Shown: positions 29,225 through 39,138 of the stretch, one piece after another
Position numbering within the stretch: position 1 is the first letter of the stretch
Layout: each line of letters begins with the position of its first letter
Assembly: GCA_018433245.1 (NCBI GenBank)
Contig: JAHDRN010000019.1
Location: 3,622 to 67,621 of the forward strand
Source of the DNA: Candidatus Proruminimicrobium quisquiliarum
Lineage (GTDB): Bacteria; Elusimicrobiota; Endomicrobiia; Endomicrobiales; Endomicrobiaceae
Length of the DNA stretch: 64,000 bases
Direction of reading: 5' to 3'
Program-made: the position numbers and the translations under genes
The notes under the pieces: generated by a model
Seen by the model: only the letters and a program-made list of their open reading frames with translations
Database searches by the model: none
What the model was told of the DNA's origin: nothing

Positions 29225-30517
29225 CTATTTTAATGCTCTGAATATTGGACCTATTAAGAAGTCTTTGCCTAGATTTTCCGGATTTTTTACTTGATTTAAA
29301 CAATATGTCTTATCGTTTATTTGAGAGTAGTCTATTTTTATGCCCATGATATTTTCTAATTGTTTGCTTGTTACTAGGTTATATAAGAGAGTACCTCCCG
29401 CTTCTTGTGTCCGCTCATCGTAAGATTTTTGGTTAAAAAATTTTAACTTATCCACAGAATAATAAAGTACTTCACCTACATATAAAACTGTTCGTATTTT
29501 TTCATTTTTAACACGTTCAGCCACTTCATTTATTGTTCGATAATACGTTGTTTTAACCGTTCCAGCAAACATACCAATAAGTTCGGCAGTATTATCTTCA
29601 TAAACCAATAAAAAAGTTGCAAGTATTTCTGGTTCTTTTTCTTTTGTTTGTTCAAGTTGCATTTGAGCCACAAAAATATGATTCAAAGCCCACCTCTGTA
29701 GTAGGATAATATCATTGTCACAATAATCCTTTCCGAACATTGGACTTTTTGCTAAATCAAACCGCATATCTTCTTTGTTGAAAACTTTTTCTCTCAGTCC
29801 ATAAGAATTTATTCGGCTACCTATTTGTATTTTTCCAGCATTATAACAGCAGTCTTGAATAAATATTGTCTGCCTATACTGGATATGATTTAAAGCTTCC
29901 TCTATTTGTTTTTTCAAGTTTTTGCATTTAGTACAACTGCATGGATAAGTATTGTACACATCCGATACAAATTTCCACATAGTCATCGTACCTTCGATTA
30001 TTTTTTCATATATATCAATCTCTTTGCCATTTTCTATAAACAATACCAATATGCTAAAAAATACTTCAAAGCAATTTTTATAGTGCTTTTCTAAGATATT
30101 AGTTATTTCAGCAAGTAAATCTTTAAAATCCTTATCACTATCTATAGTCAACAAAATTTTAAATTCATCAAAATTATTGGCTGCCGTATAGATTTTTAAT
30201 GATATAGCTTTTTCTAGCTTAAATGGACTTTCCTTAGTTATTTTATTACGAATATCAACAAACCACGCCATATTATCGTTAGATAGATAGGTTACCCGCT
30301 TAGCTTCATAGAATGCTTTAAGTTCTGGCGTGGAGAAGTTTTTTTGCATAACAAATGTTATGTTTCTGAATTCTTGAAAGAATGCATCTATTTTGGGAAT
30401 ATTTTCAAAGATATAATCATCAGGATTAACAGCTTTCAAACTGGATAGTGCACTATAAAACTTTTGCAAAACTGGATATATCAAGCAATCTTTTTCATAT
30501 AACATTTTATTCCCCAT
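29225..30517 (-). CDS. hypothetical protein, 430 aa, no recognisable domain
   Basis: Long uninterrupted ORF in an AT-rich block, last gene of a 3-gene minus-strand cassette. Has a CSCTKC motif. Confidence 0.6.
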   Translation of the reverse strand: MGNKMLYEKDCLIYPVLQKFYSALSSLKAVNPDDYIFENIPKIDAFFQEFRNITFVMQKNFSTPELKAFYEAKRVTYLSNDNMAWFVDIRNKITKESPFKLEKAISLKIYTAANNFDEFKILLTIDSDKDFKDLLAEITNILEKHYKNCFEVFFSILVLFIENGKEIDIYEKIIEGTMTMWKFVSDVYNTYPCSCTKCKNLKKQIEEALNHIQYRQTIFIQDCCYNAGKIQIGSRINSYGLREKVFNKEDMRFDLAKSPMFGKDYCDNDIILLQRWALNHIFVAQMQLEQTKEKEPEILATFLLVYEDNTAELIGMFAGTVKTTYYRTINEVAERVKNEKIRTVLYVGEVLYYSVDKLKFFNQKSYDERTQEAGGTLLYNLVTSKQLENIMGIKIDYSQINDKTYCLNQVKNPENLGKDFLIGPIFRALK

Positions 30518-30611
30518 AAGCCCATTTATTGTAGCAAACCAATAAAGTTTCAGAACATCAATATGCTACTTACGATTTATTTAAGCATCATGTAGTAAAA
30601 TAATTATCTTG

Positions 30612-30911
30612 TTACTTGTATCGTTTATTTTTGCCAGTCAAGCTGTATTGCATACCGTATTTCTTGGCATCCTGTTTATGGGCTGCCCAATGTTCTTTTT
30701 GACTAGAAAATACTGCTAAATTATTAAGAGAATTATTCTGTTTATTTCTATCTTTATGATGTACAACTTCTCCTGAATTTAAATTGCGACCAATCTTATT
30801 TTCTGCTACCAACCGATGTACTGCTATGCCACTATCTTTGAATATACGATAGCCATTATTATTGACATATGTTTTAGTCGTTCTATATAGAAATTTAGTT
30901 CTATTTTTCAT
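30612..30911 (-). CDS. small HNH endonuclease (phage/homing HNH_3-like)
   Basis: HRLVAE...VVHHKDRNKQNNSLNNLAVFSSQKEHWAAH matches the H-N-H core; 99 aa. Start overlaps the upstream gene by 11 nt. Confidence 0.8.
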   Translation of the reverse strand: MKNRTKFLYRTTKTYVNNNGYRIFKDSGIAVHRLVAENKIGRNLNSGEVVHHKDRNKQNNSLNNLAVFSSQKEHWAAHKQDAKKYGMQYSLTGKNKRYK

Positions 30912-31518
30912 TATTGTCTCCTTTGTAATTGTTATGTCCAGCTGGGATTAAATCATAAGAACGCCCATCACATTCTGGCCAATGTTTGCAAACTTCTTCA
31001 GCCATATTATCGGGTTGCCCTTTTATTTTTACCAACTTTGTTTCGTTTGATAAAAATTGCTCTCCACAATGTAAACATTCAAGCATAACATGTAACTCGT
31101 TGTTATTCGTAGATATGGCTATAACTTCTTCGTAGGATTTTTTATTGAATTCTATCTCTATTTTCTTTTGCGCAAAGTATTCTTCCTCAGTTGGAAATTC
31201 TTCCAAGCGATATATGGCTAAGGTATCGTCAAGTGTGCGTTTTGCATAAGCCAATTTATCCTCAGGCAACTTTATCAATTCAACCCAATTTTTACATCCC
31301 GCCATCTGTGCAATAATATGTTGGAGTTTCATTAATGTGAAGTTTTCTTCTCCTTCGTATCCATTATTAAAATCATAGATAATTTCATCTATGTTGAAAT
31401 ATTTTGGATCGTACGAATAGAGTGGAGTGCCGTCTTCGTGATTATCGGATGTGTGTTGTGTTTTGTAGTCTCTGAACAGATTTTTGGCTTGCAACTTAAA
31501 ATACTCAATGTTTTTCAT
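30901..31518 (-). CDS. hypothetical protein, 205 aa, C-terminal Cys/His pairs (possible zinc ribbon)
   Basis: ORF with CLHCGEQF...CKHWPECDG; no family recognised. Confidence 0.55.
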   Translation of the reverse strand: MKNIEYFKLQAKNLFRDYKTQHTSDNHEDGTPLYSYDPKYFNIDEIIYDFNNGYEGEENFTLMKLQHIIAQMAGCKNWVELIKLPEDKLAYAKRTLDDTLAIYRLEEFPTEEEYFAQKKIEIEFNKKSYEEVIAISTNNNELHVMLECLHCGEQFLSNETKLVKIKGQPDNMAEEVCKHWPECDGRSYDLIPAGHNNYKGDNNEK

Positions 31519-31809
31519 AATATAATCCCCTTTTTATTATCTAAGATTATTATCTATATTTTTTTGCGTTCGTAGTCTTTGGCTAGATAATAAACTTAGT
31601 AAGGTTTATATTACTATCAACGTTGGTTGATGAAATCTTTGCACGAACGAGCTGGCCCACCAACAGGGCACAAAAGTATTTTAATAAAAGTTTTTTATAA
31701 AGTCAATTGATTAAAAAGCAGCTAAATATTTATTATCTTTCCTGATTTTTCCAATCAAAATCATCATTGTTTTTGGCTGGTTGTATCTGATGTAAAGTAT
31801 TATTAGATA

Positions 31810-32283
31810 TTAGGACAAGGCGCGGATGATGAAGGGGACGGTAAAGGCTAACAGCAAAGCTGTCATTATTGGTCTTAGAAGATTTTTTAGCACGTAGTTT
31901 TTATCTTTTATCGCCGAATAGGCATGGTTGCAGGCTGATAGCGTAAGAAATATCAGCAATATCATCAGTACTGCTGCTTCGGCGTGTGTTCCCCACTCAA
32001 ATAATGATACGATTATTGCAGTTATTGCCACTGCTATATTGTTCAAACCGGATTGGCGTTGATATGCGGGATTATATCCGTAACCGCTAAGTTCAGACGC
32101 CGCCTTACCAAACCAGACCGACTCAATTCCTGTAAGACCCGCAAGAGGTATTACAAGCCACGGCATTATTATATGAAGCTGGCTGATAGGATTTTGTCCT
32201 AAAAAATAAGCCAGATTAAAACCGGCTATTATGCATGTCCACCTTACAATTTCAAGAATGTTACAGATCTGTTTCTGCGTCAT
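31810..32283 (-). CDS. small integral membrane protein (about 4-5 TM)
   Basis: Hydrophobic helices throughout; no family recognised. Confidence 0.6.
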   Translation of the reverse strand: MTQKQICNILEIVRWTCIIAGFNLAYFLGQNPISQLHIIMPWLVIPLAGLTGIESVWFGKAASELSGYGYNPAYQRQSGLNNIAVAITAIIVSLFEWGTHAEAAVLMILLIFLTLSACNHAYSAIKDKNYVLKNLLRPIMTALLLAFTVPFIIRALS

Positions 32284-32425
32284 TTTTTCCTCTTCACAGA
32301 ATTAAACTATGAAACTAACTGCATTATACTAAATTTACATATCTTTTAACCTTTTGAAGTTTTTCAATCTGCCGATTTTATACAGATATTATAATTTGAC
32401 TTAAAAAAATTTTAATGGTATAAAT

Positions 32426-32438
32426 AGAAATAATTTCT
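32426..32438. promoter_or_regulatory. candidate Zur/Fur-type operator upstream of znuA
   Basis: Perfect AT-rich palindrome AGAAAT-A-ATTTCT about 40 nt upstream of the znuA start; a zur gene sits in the same operon. Confidence 0.45.
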
Positions 32439-32477
32439 GTTTAACAATTTTTAAAAAACAAGATGCCGGAGTATACA

Positions 32478-33410
32478 ATGTTAAAAAAAATATGTTTTGT
32501 TTTTGGCGTGTTATTTGTTGCGTTTGTTTCTCTTTACGCAAAAGATGCCGGAGCAAAAATTGAAATAGTTACGACGCTTTTTCCGACCTATGATTTTGCA
32601 AAACAAATAGGAGGCGAGAAAGTAAATGTTTCGCTTCTTTTACCGCCCGGAGTTGAGCCTCATACTTTTGAACCTAAACCGAAAGATATCGTAAAAATAA
32701 ATAAATCCGATATTTTTATTTATACGGACAACTATATGGAGCCGTGGGTTGAAGATCTTTTAAAAGGAATACCAAATAAAAATCTTAAAATCGTAAATTC
32801 AAGCGCAGGCATTGAATTTATGTCGGAAAATGACGAACATGACGAAGACACAGAACACGGCGGTCATCATCACACAGGAAAAGACCCTCATATCTGGCTT
32901 GATTTGGCAAACGCGCAGATTATGACCGACACAATAGCAAAAGCGCTTTATGAAAAAAATCCGGCAAACAAAAATTTTTATATGCAAAACGCGGAAAAAT
33001 ACAAAGCGCGGTTAGCTGCTTTGGACAGCCGTTTTAAAGAAACTTTTGCCACGGCAAAGCAAAAAACGATTATTTACGGCGGTCATTTTGCTTTCGGATA
33101 TTTTGCGAAACGTTACGGACTTAATTACGAATCTCCGTATAAAGGATTTTCCCCTAACGCCGAGCCAAACCCGAAAGCCATAGGCGAATTAATAAATAAA
33201 CTTAAAACATCCGGAATAAAATACATATATTACGAAGAACTTCTTGACCCGAAAGTGGCGCGCACGATTTCTGAAGCGACAGGCGCAAAACTTGAACTTC
33301 TGCACGGAGCGCATAACGTAAGCAAAAACGAACTTAAAAACGGAATAACTTTTATTGATATTATGAATTCAAACTTAAATAAATTAAAGGAAGGCCTGCA
33401 ATGCCTGTAG
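32478..33410 (+). CDS. znuA: zinc ABC transporter substrate-binding protein
   Basis: Cluster A-I SBP fold motifs and a His/Asp-rich loop, DEHDEDTEHGGHHHTGKDPH. Start set at ATG 32478 (GGAG 6 nt upstream). Confidence 0.88.
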   Translation: MLKKICFVFGVLFVAFVSLYAKDAGAKIEIVTTLFPTYDFAKQIGGEKVNVSLLLPPGVEPHTFEPKPKDIVKINKSDIFIYTDNYMEPWVEDLLKGIPNKNLKIVNSSAGIEFMSENDEHDEDTEHGGHHHTGKDPHIWLDLANAQIMTDTIAKALYEKNPANKNFYMQNAEKYKARLAALDSRFKETFATAKQKTIIYGGHFAFGYFAKRYGLNYESPYKGFSPNAEPNPKAIGELINKLKTSGIKYIYYEELLDPKVARTISEATGAKLELLHGAHNVSKNELKNGITFIDIMNSNLNKLKEGLQCL

Positions 33411-34147
33411 AAATAATACAGATTAAAAATCTTAGCGTAAAATACGGCGAAATTGAAGCTCTTTCGGACGTTTCTTTTGATATTATCTCAGGTGATTACG
33501 TAGGAATCGTCGGACCTAACGGGTCCGGCAAATCAACGCTGATAAAGTCAATTCTCGGGCTTATTCCTTTTGAAGGTAAAATTATTTTTCAGGGTGAAAC
33601 TTTATCCGATTTTATATTAAAAAATAACATAGGATATCTGCCGCAAAAAATGTCTTTTATAGACCAGAGATTTCCGGCGACCGCAATGGAAATAGTCGTA
33701 TCCGGATTATACTGCCGCAAAAAATTCCCGAAACGCGTTACTAAAAACGATTATAAAACAGCCGGCGAAATAATGGAAACCCTCGGGATAAGCGGACTTG
33801 CAGACCGTTCAATCGGAAAACTTTCGGGCGGGCAGCAGCAGCGTATTCTGCTTGCAAGAGCTTTAATTCATTCTCCGCGGCTTTTAATTTTAGATGAGCC
33901 GACCGTAGCGCTTGACCCTCAGTCAAGAGACACATTTGCTTCAATTATTAAAAAATTAAACTCAGAGCACGGTGTTACTATTTTACTTGTATCGCATGAT
34001 TCAGGTTCAATGGGCAAATATGCGTCAAAACTTCTTTATCTTGACAGAAAAGTCGTTTTTTACGGCACGTTTGACAATTTCTGCCGGTCTGACGAAATGA
34101 CAAAATATTTCGGCGCAGATCAGCATATTATATGCCACAGGCATTGA
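33401..34147 (+). CDS. znuC: zinc ABC transporter ATP-binding protein
   Basis: Walker A GPNGSGKST, signature LSGGQQQR, Walker B LLILDEP. Confidence 0.88.
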   Translation: MPVEIIQIKNLSVKYGEIEALSDVSFDIISGDYVGIVGPNGSGKSTLIKSILGLIPFEGKIIFQGETLSDFILKNNIGYLPQKMSFIDQRFPATAMEIVVSGLYCRKKFPKRVTKNDYKTAGEIMETLGISGLADRSIGKLSGGQQQRILLARALIHSPRLLILDEPTVALDPQSRDTFASIIKKLNSEHGVTILLVSHDSGSMGKYASKLLYLDRKVVFYGTFDNFCRSDEMTKYFGADQHIICHRH

Positions 34148-34168
34148 TATAAATTAAGGAACTAAACT

Positions 34169-34990
34169 ATGGAAATATTTTCACAAATTTATGAATCTCT
34201 CCAGTACGTATTTGTGCAGCGGGCGATAATAGCCGGATGTTTTATGGCGCTTGGATGCTCTTTTTTGGGAATTTTTCTTGTTTTAAGAAGATTTTCTTTA
34301 ATAGGCGACGGGCTTGCCCACGTAAGTTTTGCGACGGTCGCCATAGCGCTTCTTTTGCAGGCTCAGCCGATGATAGTTTCAATACCGCTTGTGGCGGTTG
34401 CTTCTCTTATTATTTTAAGTTTAAATGAAAAAGCGAAAGTTTACGGCGACGCGGCAATAGGGCTTGTGTCTTCTTTCGGAATTGCGCTCGGCGTAATTAT
34501 AGCTTCAACGGCGGGCGGTTTTAACGTTGACCTGTTCAGTTATCTTTTCGGAAATATCCTTTCGGTAAGCTCGTCCGAAGTGTGGCTAACCGTTTTCATA
34601 TCGCTTTTGGTAGTGCTTGTGACGATACTTTTTTATCACGATCTTTTTGCCATAACATTTGACGAAGATTACGCGCATGTATCCGGCATTAAAGTAAAAA
34701 CCGTAAATAAAATTTTAATACTTCTTACTTCGCTTATTGTTGTTCTGGGAATAAAAATAGTCGGTACAATGCTTGTTTCAAGCCTTATTATTCTGCCGGC
34801 CGTATCGGCATTACAGATTGTGCGCAGTTTTAAATCGGCGATAGCTCTTGCGGGAATATTTGCGGTGGCGTCGGTGATAATAGGAATATTTATTTCTTAT
34901 CTTCTTAATTATCCTTCGGGCGCGACGATTGTAATGGTAAATTTCATATTTTTTATCGGTTCGTTTATATCCGGAAGTCTCAAAAAATAA
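34169..34990 (+). CDS. znuB: zinc ABC transporter permease
   Basis: ABC-3 family polytopic membrane protein in znuA-znuC context. Confidence 0.85.
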   Translation: MEIFSQIYESLQYVFVQRAIIAGCFMALGCSFLGIFLVLRRFSLIGDGLAHVSFATVAIALLLQAQPMIVSIPLVAVASLIILSLNEKAKVYGDAAIGLVSSFGIALGVIIASTAGGFNVDLFSYLFGNILSVSSSEVWLTVFISLLVVLVTILFYHDLFAITFDEDYAHVSGIKVKTVNKILILLTSLIVVLGIKIVGTMLVSSLIILPAVSALQIVRSFKSAIALAGIFAVASVIIGIFISYLLNYPSGATIVMVNFIFFIGSFISGSLKK

Positions 34991-35002
34991 GGAAATAAAA
35001 AA

Positions 35003-35416
35003 TTGGAAAAATATCTTGAAAAATTAAAAAATTACGGTCTCAAACTTACTCCCAGAAGACAGGCTATAATTGAATTATTTTTAAACTGCAAAAGCCATAT
35101 GACGCCTGAAGTAGTTTTGCATAAATTAAAAATAAAAATAAAATGCTGCGGAGTACCCGGCATCTATAGAAATCTTGAAAGCCTTGTTGAATGCGGAATA
35201 TTGACGAGAATTCAACAGTTTGACAGAAAAAGACATTACAGCCTTTGTTCCTGTATTCATGATAAACACCACCATCATATCACATGTATAAAATGCGGAA
35301 AAGTTGACGTAATAAAAGACTGTTCTTTACACAGCGTAAAAAAAATAAACGGTTATAAAGTCGTAAGCCATTTTATGCAGGTAAACGGCATCTGCCCGGA
35401 ATGTTCTAAAAAATAA
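35003..35416 (+). CDS. zur: Fur-family metalloregulator, probably Zur
   Basis: LKLTPRRQAIIELF winged helix, HHHH and the CxxC pairs CIKCG/CPEC. Last gene of the znu operon. TTG start. Confidence 0.8.
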   Translation: MEKYLEKLKNYGLKLTPRRQAIIELFLNCKSHMTPEVVLHKLKIKIKCCGVPGIYRNLESLVECGILTRIQQFDRKRHYSLCSCIHDKHHHHITCIKCGKVDVIKDCSLHSVKKINGYKVVSHFMQVNGICPECSKK

Positions 35417-35428
35417 CACCTGAATCTT

Positions 35429-36589
35429 TTATTTAGCTTTTAAAGCGTAAAAACTTCCGCCTAAAAACGGCAATGCAATCAATAAATAAATTGCATAATT
35501 TAAACTTACATAATCTGCAAACAAACCTATCAAGGCGACCCCTAATCCGCCTATACCTATACCGAATCCCAGCATTAACCCCGAAGCCATAGCCTGATTT
35601 TTAGTTAAAATTTCCTGAGCCGTTACTACCGTTACTGAAAAAGAAGCTAAAAGAGCCATTCCGGCCAGAGAAAGAAACATTATGCTTAATATTCCTTCGG
35701 TCAATATAAATCCGCATAAAAAAGGAGTCGCAAGCATAAGAGAATAAGCAATAATCGGTTTACGTCCGAATTTATCCGACAAATGCCCGCCGATAAGTCC
35801 GCCTATAGCTCCGCTGAACAACATTATAAAAAGCAGATGGCTGCTGACCGTAATTGAAATATTTTTACCCTGCAGATATAACGGCAGAAATGCAATTAAT
35901 CCTAAAAACGCCAAAGAACGCGTTGACACCGTTATTACGATTTTTGTAAGACTCTTCCAATTTTGTTTTAAAGCTCCTAACGTAGAATGATTAATGCCGT
36001 CTTTGTTTAACGGCATTTTTGAAGAAGTGTTTTTCAGTAAAATCGTGACAAGCAATGCGGGAATTATAAATATGGGAGTCGCTTTTAATCCAAATTCTTT
36101 TACAAACGGAACTACGATTAACGGAGAAAATGCAAATCCGATGTTTCCTGCCGTGACAAATATAGACTGGTACAATCCTTTTTTATTTCCGCTTATAGAT
36201 GTAACCATTGCGGATGCCTGAGGATGAAAAGCGGCCGTGCCTAAACCTGCCAGCGTAACCATTATAAACATTAACGTATAATTGCTTACTAATCCTACTA
36301 AGCTTAATAACGTTCCCATCCATATAGTCCCGACATATACCATCCAGCGTTTATTCTTTTTATCAACAAGGTATGCAAAAATCGGCTGTAAAACGGAAGA
36401 GCTGATTGTAAACGCAGAAATTAAAACGGCGCTCTTGCTTATGCTAAAACCTGCTAATACCAAAAACGGCAATAACGTCTGCATATAATTTGAATACCAG
36501 TCATTTAACGCATGCGCAAATGATATTGAAAATAATTTTAAAAATTTTGATTTTTGCCTGTCTTCTAAAGCGCACTTTCCCGCATTCAT
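35429..36589 (-). CDS. MFS transporter
   Basis: About 12 predicted TM helices; DKFGRKP loop motif. Confidence 0.8.
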   Translation of the reverse strand: MNAGKCALEDRQKSKFLKLFSISFAHALNDWYSNYMQTLLPFLVLAGFSISKSAVLISAFTISSSVLQPIFAYLVDKKNKRWMVYVGTIWMGTLLSLVGLVSNYTLMFIMVTLAGLGTAAFHPQASAMVTSISGNKKGLYQSIFVTAGNIGFAFSPLIVVPFVKEFGLKATPIFIIPALLVTILLKNTSSKMPLNKDGINHSTLGALKQNWKSLTKIVITVSTRSLAFLGLIAFLPLYLQGKNISITVSSHLLFIMLFSGAIGGLIGGHLSDKFGRKPIIAYSLMLATPFLCGFILTEGILSIMFLSLAGMALLASFSVTVVTAQEILTKNQAMASGLMLGFGIGIGGLGVALIGLFADYVSLNYAIYLLIALPFLGGSFYALKAK

Positions 36590-36705
36590 AATAAATCCCT
36601 TTTATAAATTATAAATAAACATTATGTATTATAACTCTTTTAAAAATTAATTCTAATCAATTTTAATTTTATATAATATTTTAATAAACTTCGGAGGTTT
36701 GCCAA

Positions 36706-37248
36706 ATGAAAAAATTTCCGTTAAAAAAAGCTTTTACCTTCATAGAACCGGGTCCCGTTACAATGATAACGACGTTTGACGGCAAAAAAAATAACATAAT
36801 GACGATATCCTGGAACATGGTAATGGATTTTACGCCTCAGTTTGCAATTTTAACAGGTCCGTGGAATCATTCATACAAAGCGCTTGTTAAAACAAAAGAA
36901 TGCGTTATCTCAATACCTTCAGTTGCCATATCCCAAAAAGTTATAAAAATAGGGGCATGCTCCGGAAAAGATACTGATAAATTTAAAAAATTCAATTTAA
37001 CCCCCCTGAAAGCAAAATACGTCAAAGCGTCTCTTATAAAAGAATCTCTTGCCAATATAGAATGCCGCGTGGCAGACCATATTAAAAAACACAATATTTT
37101 TGTGCTGGACGGAATCGCAGCATGGTTTAACGATAAAATAAAAGAAAAAAGAATGTTTCATGCAGCAGGCGACGGAACGTTTACAGTTGACGGTCGCAGA
37201 ATAAACCACAAAAAACTTATGATTAACAAACTGCCGGACGGAGTCTGA
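36706..37248 (+). CDS. flavin reductase-like FMN-binding domain protein
   Basis: Split-barrel Flavin_Reduct pattern (PVTMITT...NIMTISW). Confidence 0.7.
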   Translation: MKKFPLKKAFTFIEPGPVTMITTFDGKKNNIMTISWNMVMDFTPQFAILTGPWNHSYKALVKTKECVISIPSVAISQKVIKIGACSGKDTDKFKKFNLTPLKAKYVKASLIKESLANIECRVADHIKKHNIFVLDGIAAWFNDKIKEKRMFHAAGDGTFTVDGRRINHKKLMINKLPDGV

Positions 37249-37249
37249 T

Positions 37250-37771
37250 TTGAAATATATCGCGCTGCTCAGAGGAATCAACGTCGGAAAAGAAAGACGC
37301 GTTGACATGAAAAAACTTAAACTTATTTTTGAAAGGCTCGGGTTTACGGAAGTTTCCACGTATATAAATTCAGGAAACGTCATTTTTAAATCCGGCAAAA
37401 CAAAAAATGTTATACTCTGCGAAATTAAGCAAATACTCAAAAAAGAATTTGATTTTGAAATACCAGTTCTTGTCAAAACCGAAAAAGAAATAAAAAAAAT
37501 AACGGACGCCATTCCAAAAAACTGGCAAAACGACAAACAGCAGAGAACAGACATAGCTTATTTGTTTAAAGAAATTGATTCTGAAAAAATTGTCCGTGAA
37601 CTTCCTTTTAATACAGAGTTTGTTGATTTGCATTATATAAAAGGAGCTGTTTTTTGGAATATTGTAAGAAAAGATTACGGCAAGAGCCGTTTAAATAAAT
37701 TAATCGGAAGTAAATTTTATAAATATATGACGCTGCGTAACGTAAATACGGCGCGTTTTTTGGCGTCTTAA
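37250..37771 (+). CDS. DUF1697 domain protein
   Basis: [18 protein letters not shown] is the hallmark N-terminus of DUF1697. Confidence 0.75.
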   Translation: MKYIALLRGINVGKERRVDMKKLKLIFERLGFTEVSTYINSGNVIFKSGKTKNVILCEIKQILKKEFDFEIPVLVKTEKEIKKITDAIPKNWQNDKQQRTDIAYLFKEIDSEKIVRELPFNTEFVDLHYIKGAVFWNIVRKDYGKSRLNKLIGSKFYKYMTLRNVNTARFLAS

Positions 37772-37814
37772 AATTGATATAATTTAGCAGATACTATAAA
37801 AAAGAGAACCCGAA

Positions 37815-38624
37815 ATGATTGAATTCCAAAATTTAAATCCCGTTTGGCAGGCGCTTCTTGCAGGCGTCTTTACATGGGGGCTTACCGCTCTGGGCGCGAG
37901 TCTTGTTTTTTTCAACAAACAATTTAACCAGAAACAATTTGACGCGATGCTTGGTTTTGCGGGCGGAGTAATGATAGCGGCAAGTTTCTGGTCGCTGCTT
38001 GCGCCGGCAATTGAAATGTTGGAAAAAACAAATATCGCCAAATGGATTCCGCCGGCTATAGGATTTTTGGCGGGAGCCGTTTTTTTACGCTTAATTGATA
38101 AAATTCTGCCTCATCTTCATCTTGGTTTTCAAAATAATGAAGCTGAAGGTATAAAAACAAGCTGGAAACGAAGCACTCTGCTAGTTTTGGCTGTTACGCT
38201 TCATAATATACCTGAAGGGCTGGCCGTGGGCGTCGCTTTCGGAGCGGCTGCCTCGGGTTTTGAAGGAGCTTCTCTTTCGGGAGCAATTGCGCTTGCTGTC
38301 GGAATAGGAATACAGAATTTCCCTGAAGGTTTTGCTATTTCTGCACCGTTGAGACGTGAAAAATTATCAAAATTTAAAAGTTTTTGGTACGGACAGCTTT
38401 CTGCAGTAGTTGAACCGGTCTTTGCGGTAATAGGAGCCGCTGCAGTAGTAATCGCGCAGCCTGTGCTGCCGTATGCTTTGGCTTTTGCGGCAGGAGCAAT
38501 GATTTTTGTCGTTGTTGAACAGGTTATCCCCGAATCGCAGAGAAACGGCAACGCCGATTTAGCCACCGGCGGAGCAATAACCGGTTTTTTAATAATGATG
38601 ATTTTAGACGTAGCTTTGGGGTAA
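37815..38624 (+). CDS. zupT: ZIP family metal (zinc) transporter
   Basis: HNIPEGLAVG and IQNFPEGFA signature helices; 269 aa. Confidence 0.85.
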   Translation: MIEFQNLNPVWQALLAGVFTWGLTALGASLVFFNKQFNQKQFDAMLGFAGGVMIAASFWSLLAPAIEMLEKTNIAKWIPPAIGFLAGAVFLRLIDKILPHLHLGFQNNEAEGIKTSWKRSTLLVLAVTLHNIPEGLAVGVAFGAAASGFEGASLSGAIALAVGIGIQNFPEGFAISAPLRREKLSKFKSFWYGQLSAVVEPVFAVIGAAAVVIAQPVLPYALAFAAGAMIFVVVEQVIPESQRNGNADLATGGAITGFLIMMILDVALG

Positions 38625-38625
38625 A

Positions 38626-39099
38626 ATGAAAATTTTACAGGCATCCGTAAAAGACGCAAATGAAATATTAAATTTACAGAAATCCGCTTTTCAAATTGAA
38701 GCGGAAATTTATAACAATTACGACATTTCGCCTCTGAAAGAAACAATTGAAGAAATAAGCCGGTGTTTCAAAACACACGTATTTTTGAAAGCGGAAGATT
38801 CAGGAAAAATTGTAGGCGCCGTAAGGGCTTTTGAAAAAGACGAGACGTGTTACATAGGAAGACTTGCCGTGTCAAAAGAAATGCAAAACCGAGGAATCGG
38901 AACGCTTCTTATGAAAGAGATAGAAAAATATTTTAAAACAAAACGTTTTGAACTTTTTACCGGCGCAAAAAGCGAAAAAAATATACAACTTTACAAAAAA
39001 CTCGGGTATTCTCCATTCGGAAAAGAAAAGTCGGGCTGCGGCGGATTAGCAGAGGTAATTTTCATGGGAAAGATCAAATTTTGTAAAAGACGCGGCTGA
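38626..39099 (+). CDS. GNAT family N-acetyltransferase
   Basis: Acetyl-CoA motif A: RLAVSKEMQNRGIGTLLM. Confidence 0.8.
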   Translation: MKILQASVKDANEILNLQKSAFQIEAEIYNNYDISPLKETIEEISRCFKTHVFLKAEDSGKIVGAVRAFEKDETCYIGRLAVSKEMQNRGIGTLLMKEIEKYFKTKRFELFTGAKSEKNIQLYKKLGYSPFGKEKSGCGGLAEVIFMGKIKFCKRRG

Positions 39100-39138
39100 A
39101 ATTCTTGAAGAAATTTTATAATTAAATAAGGAGTGTTT

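Noticed and set aside
29004-31800. Calling the tRNA-Ser-adjacent block a prophage or integrative element
   Set aside because: No integrase, excisionase, capsid or terminase genes, and no duplicated tRNA 3' end found by eye. Only an island-like cassette can be claimed.
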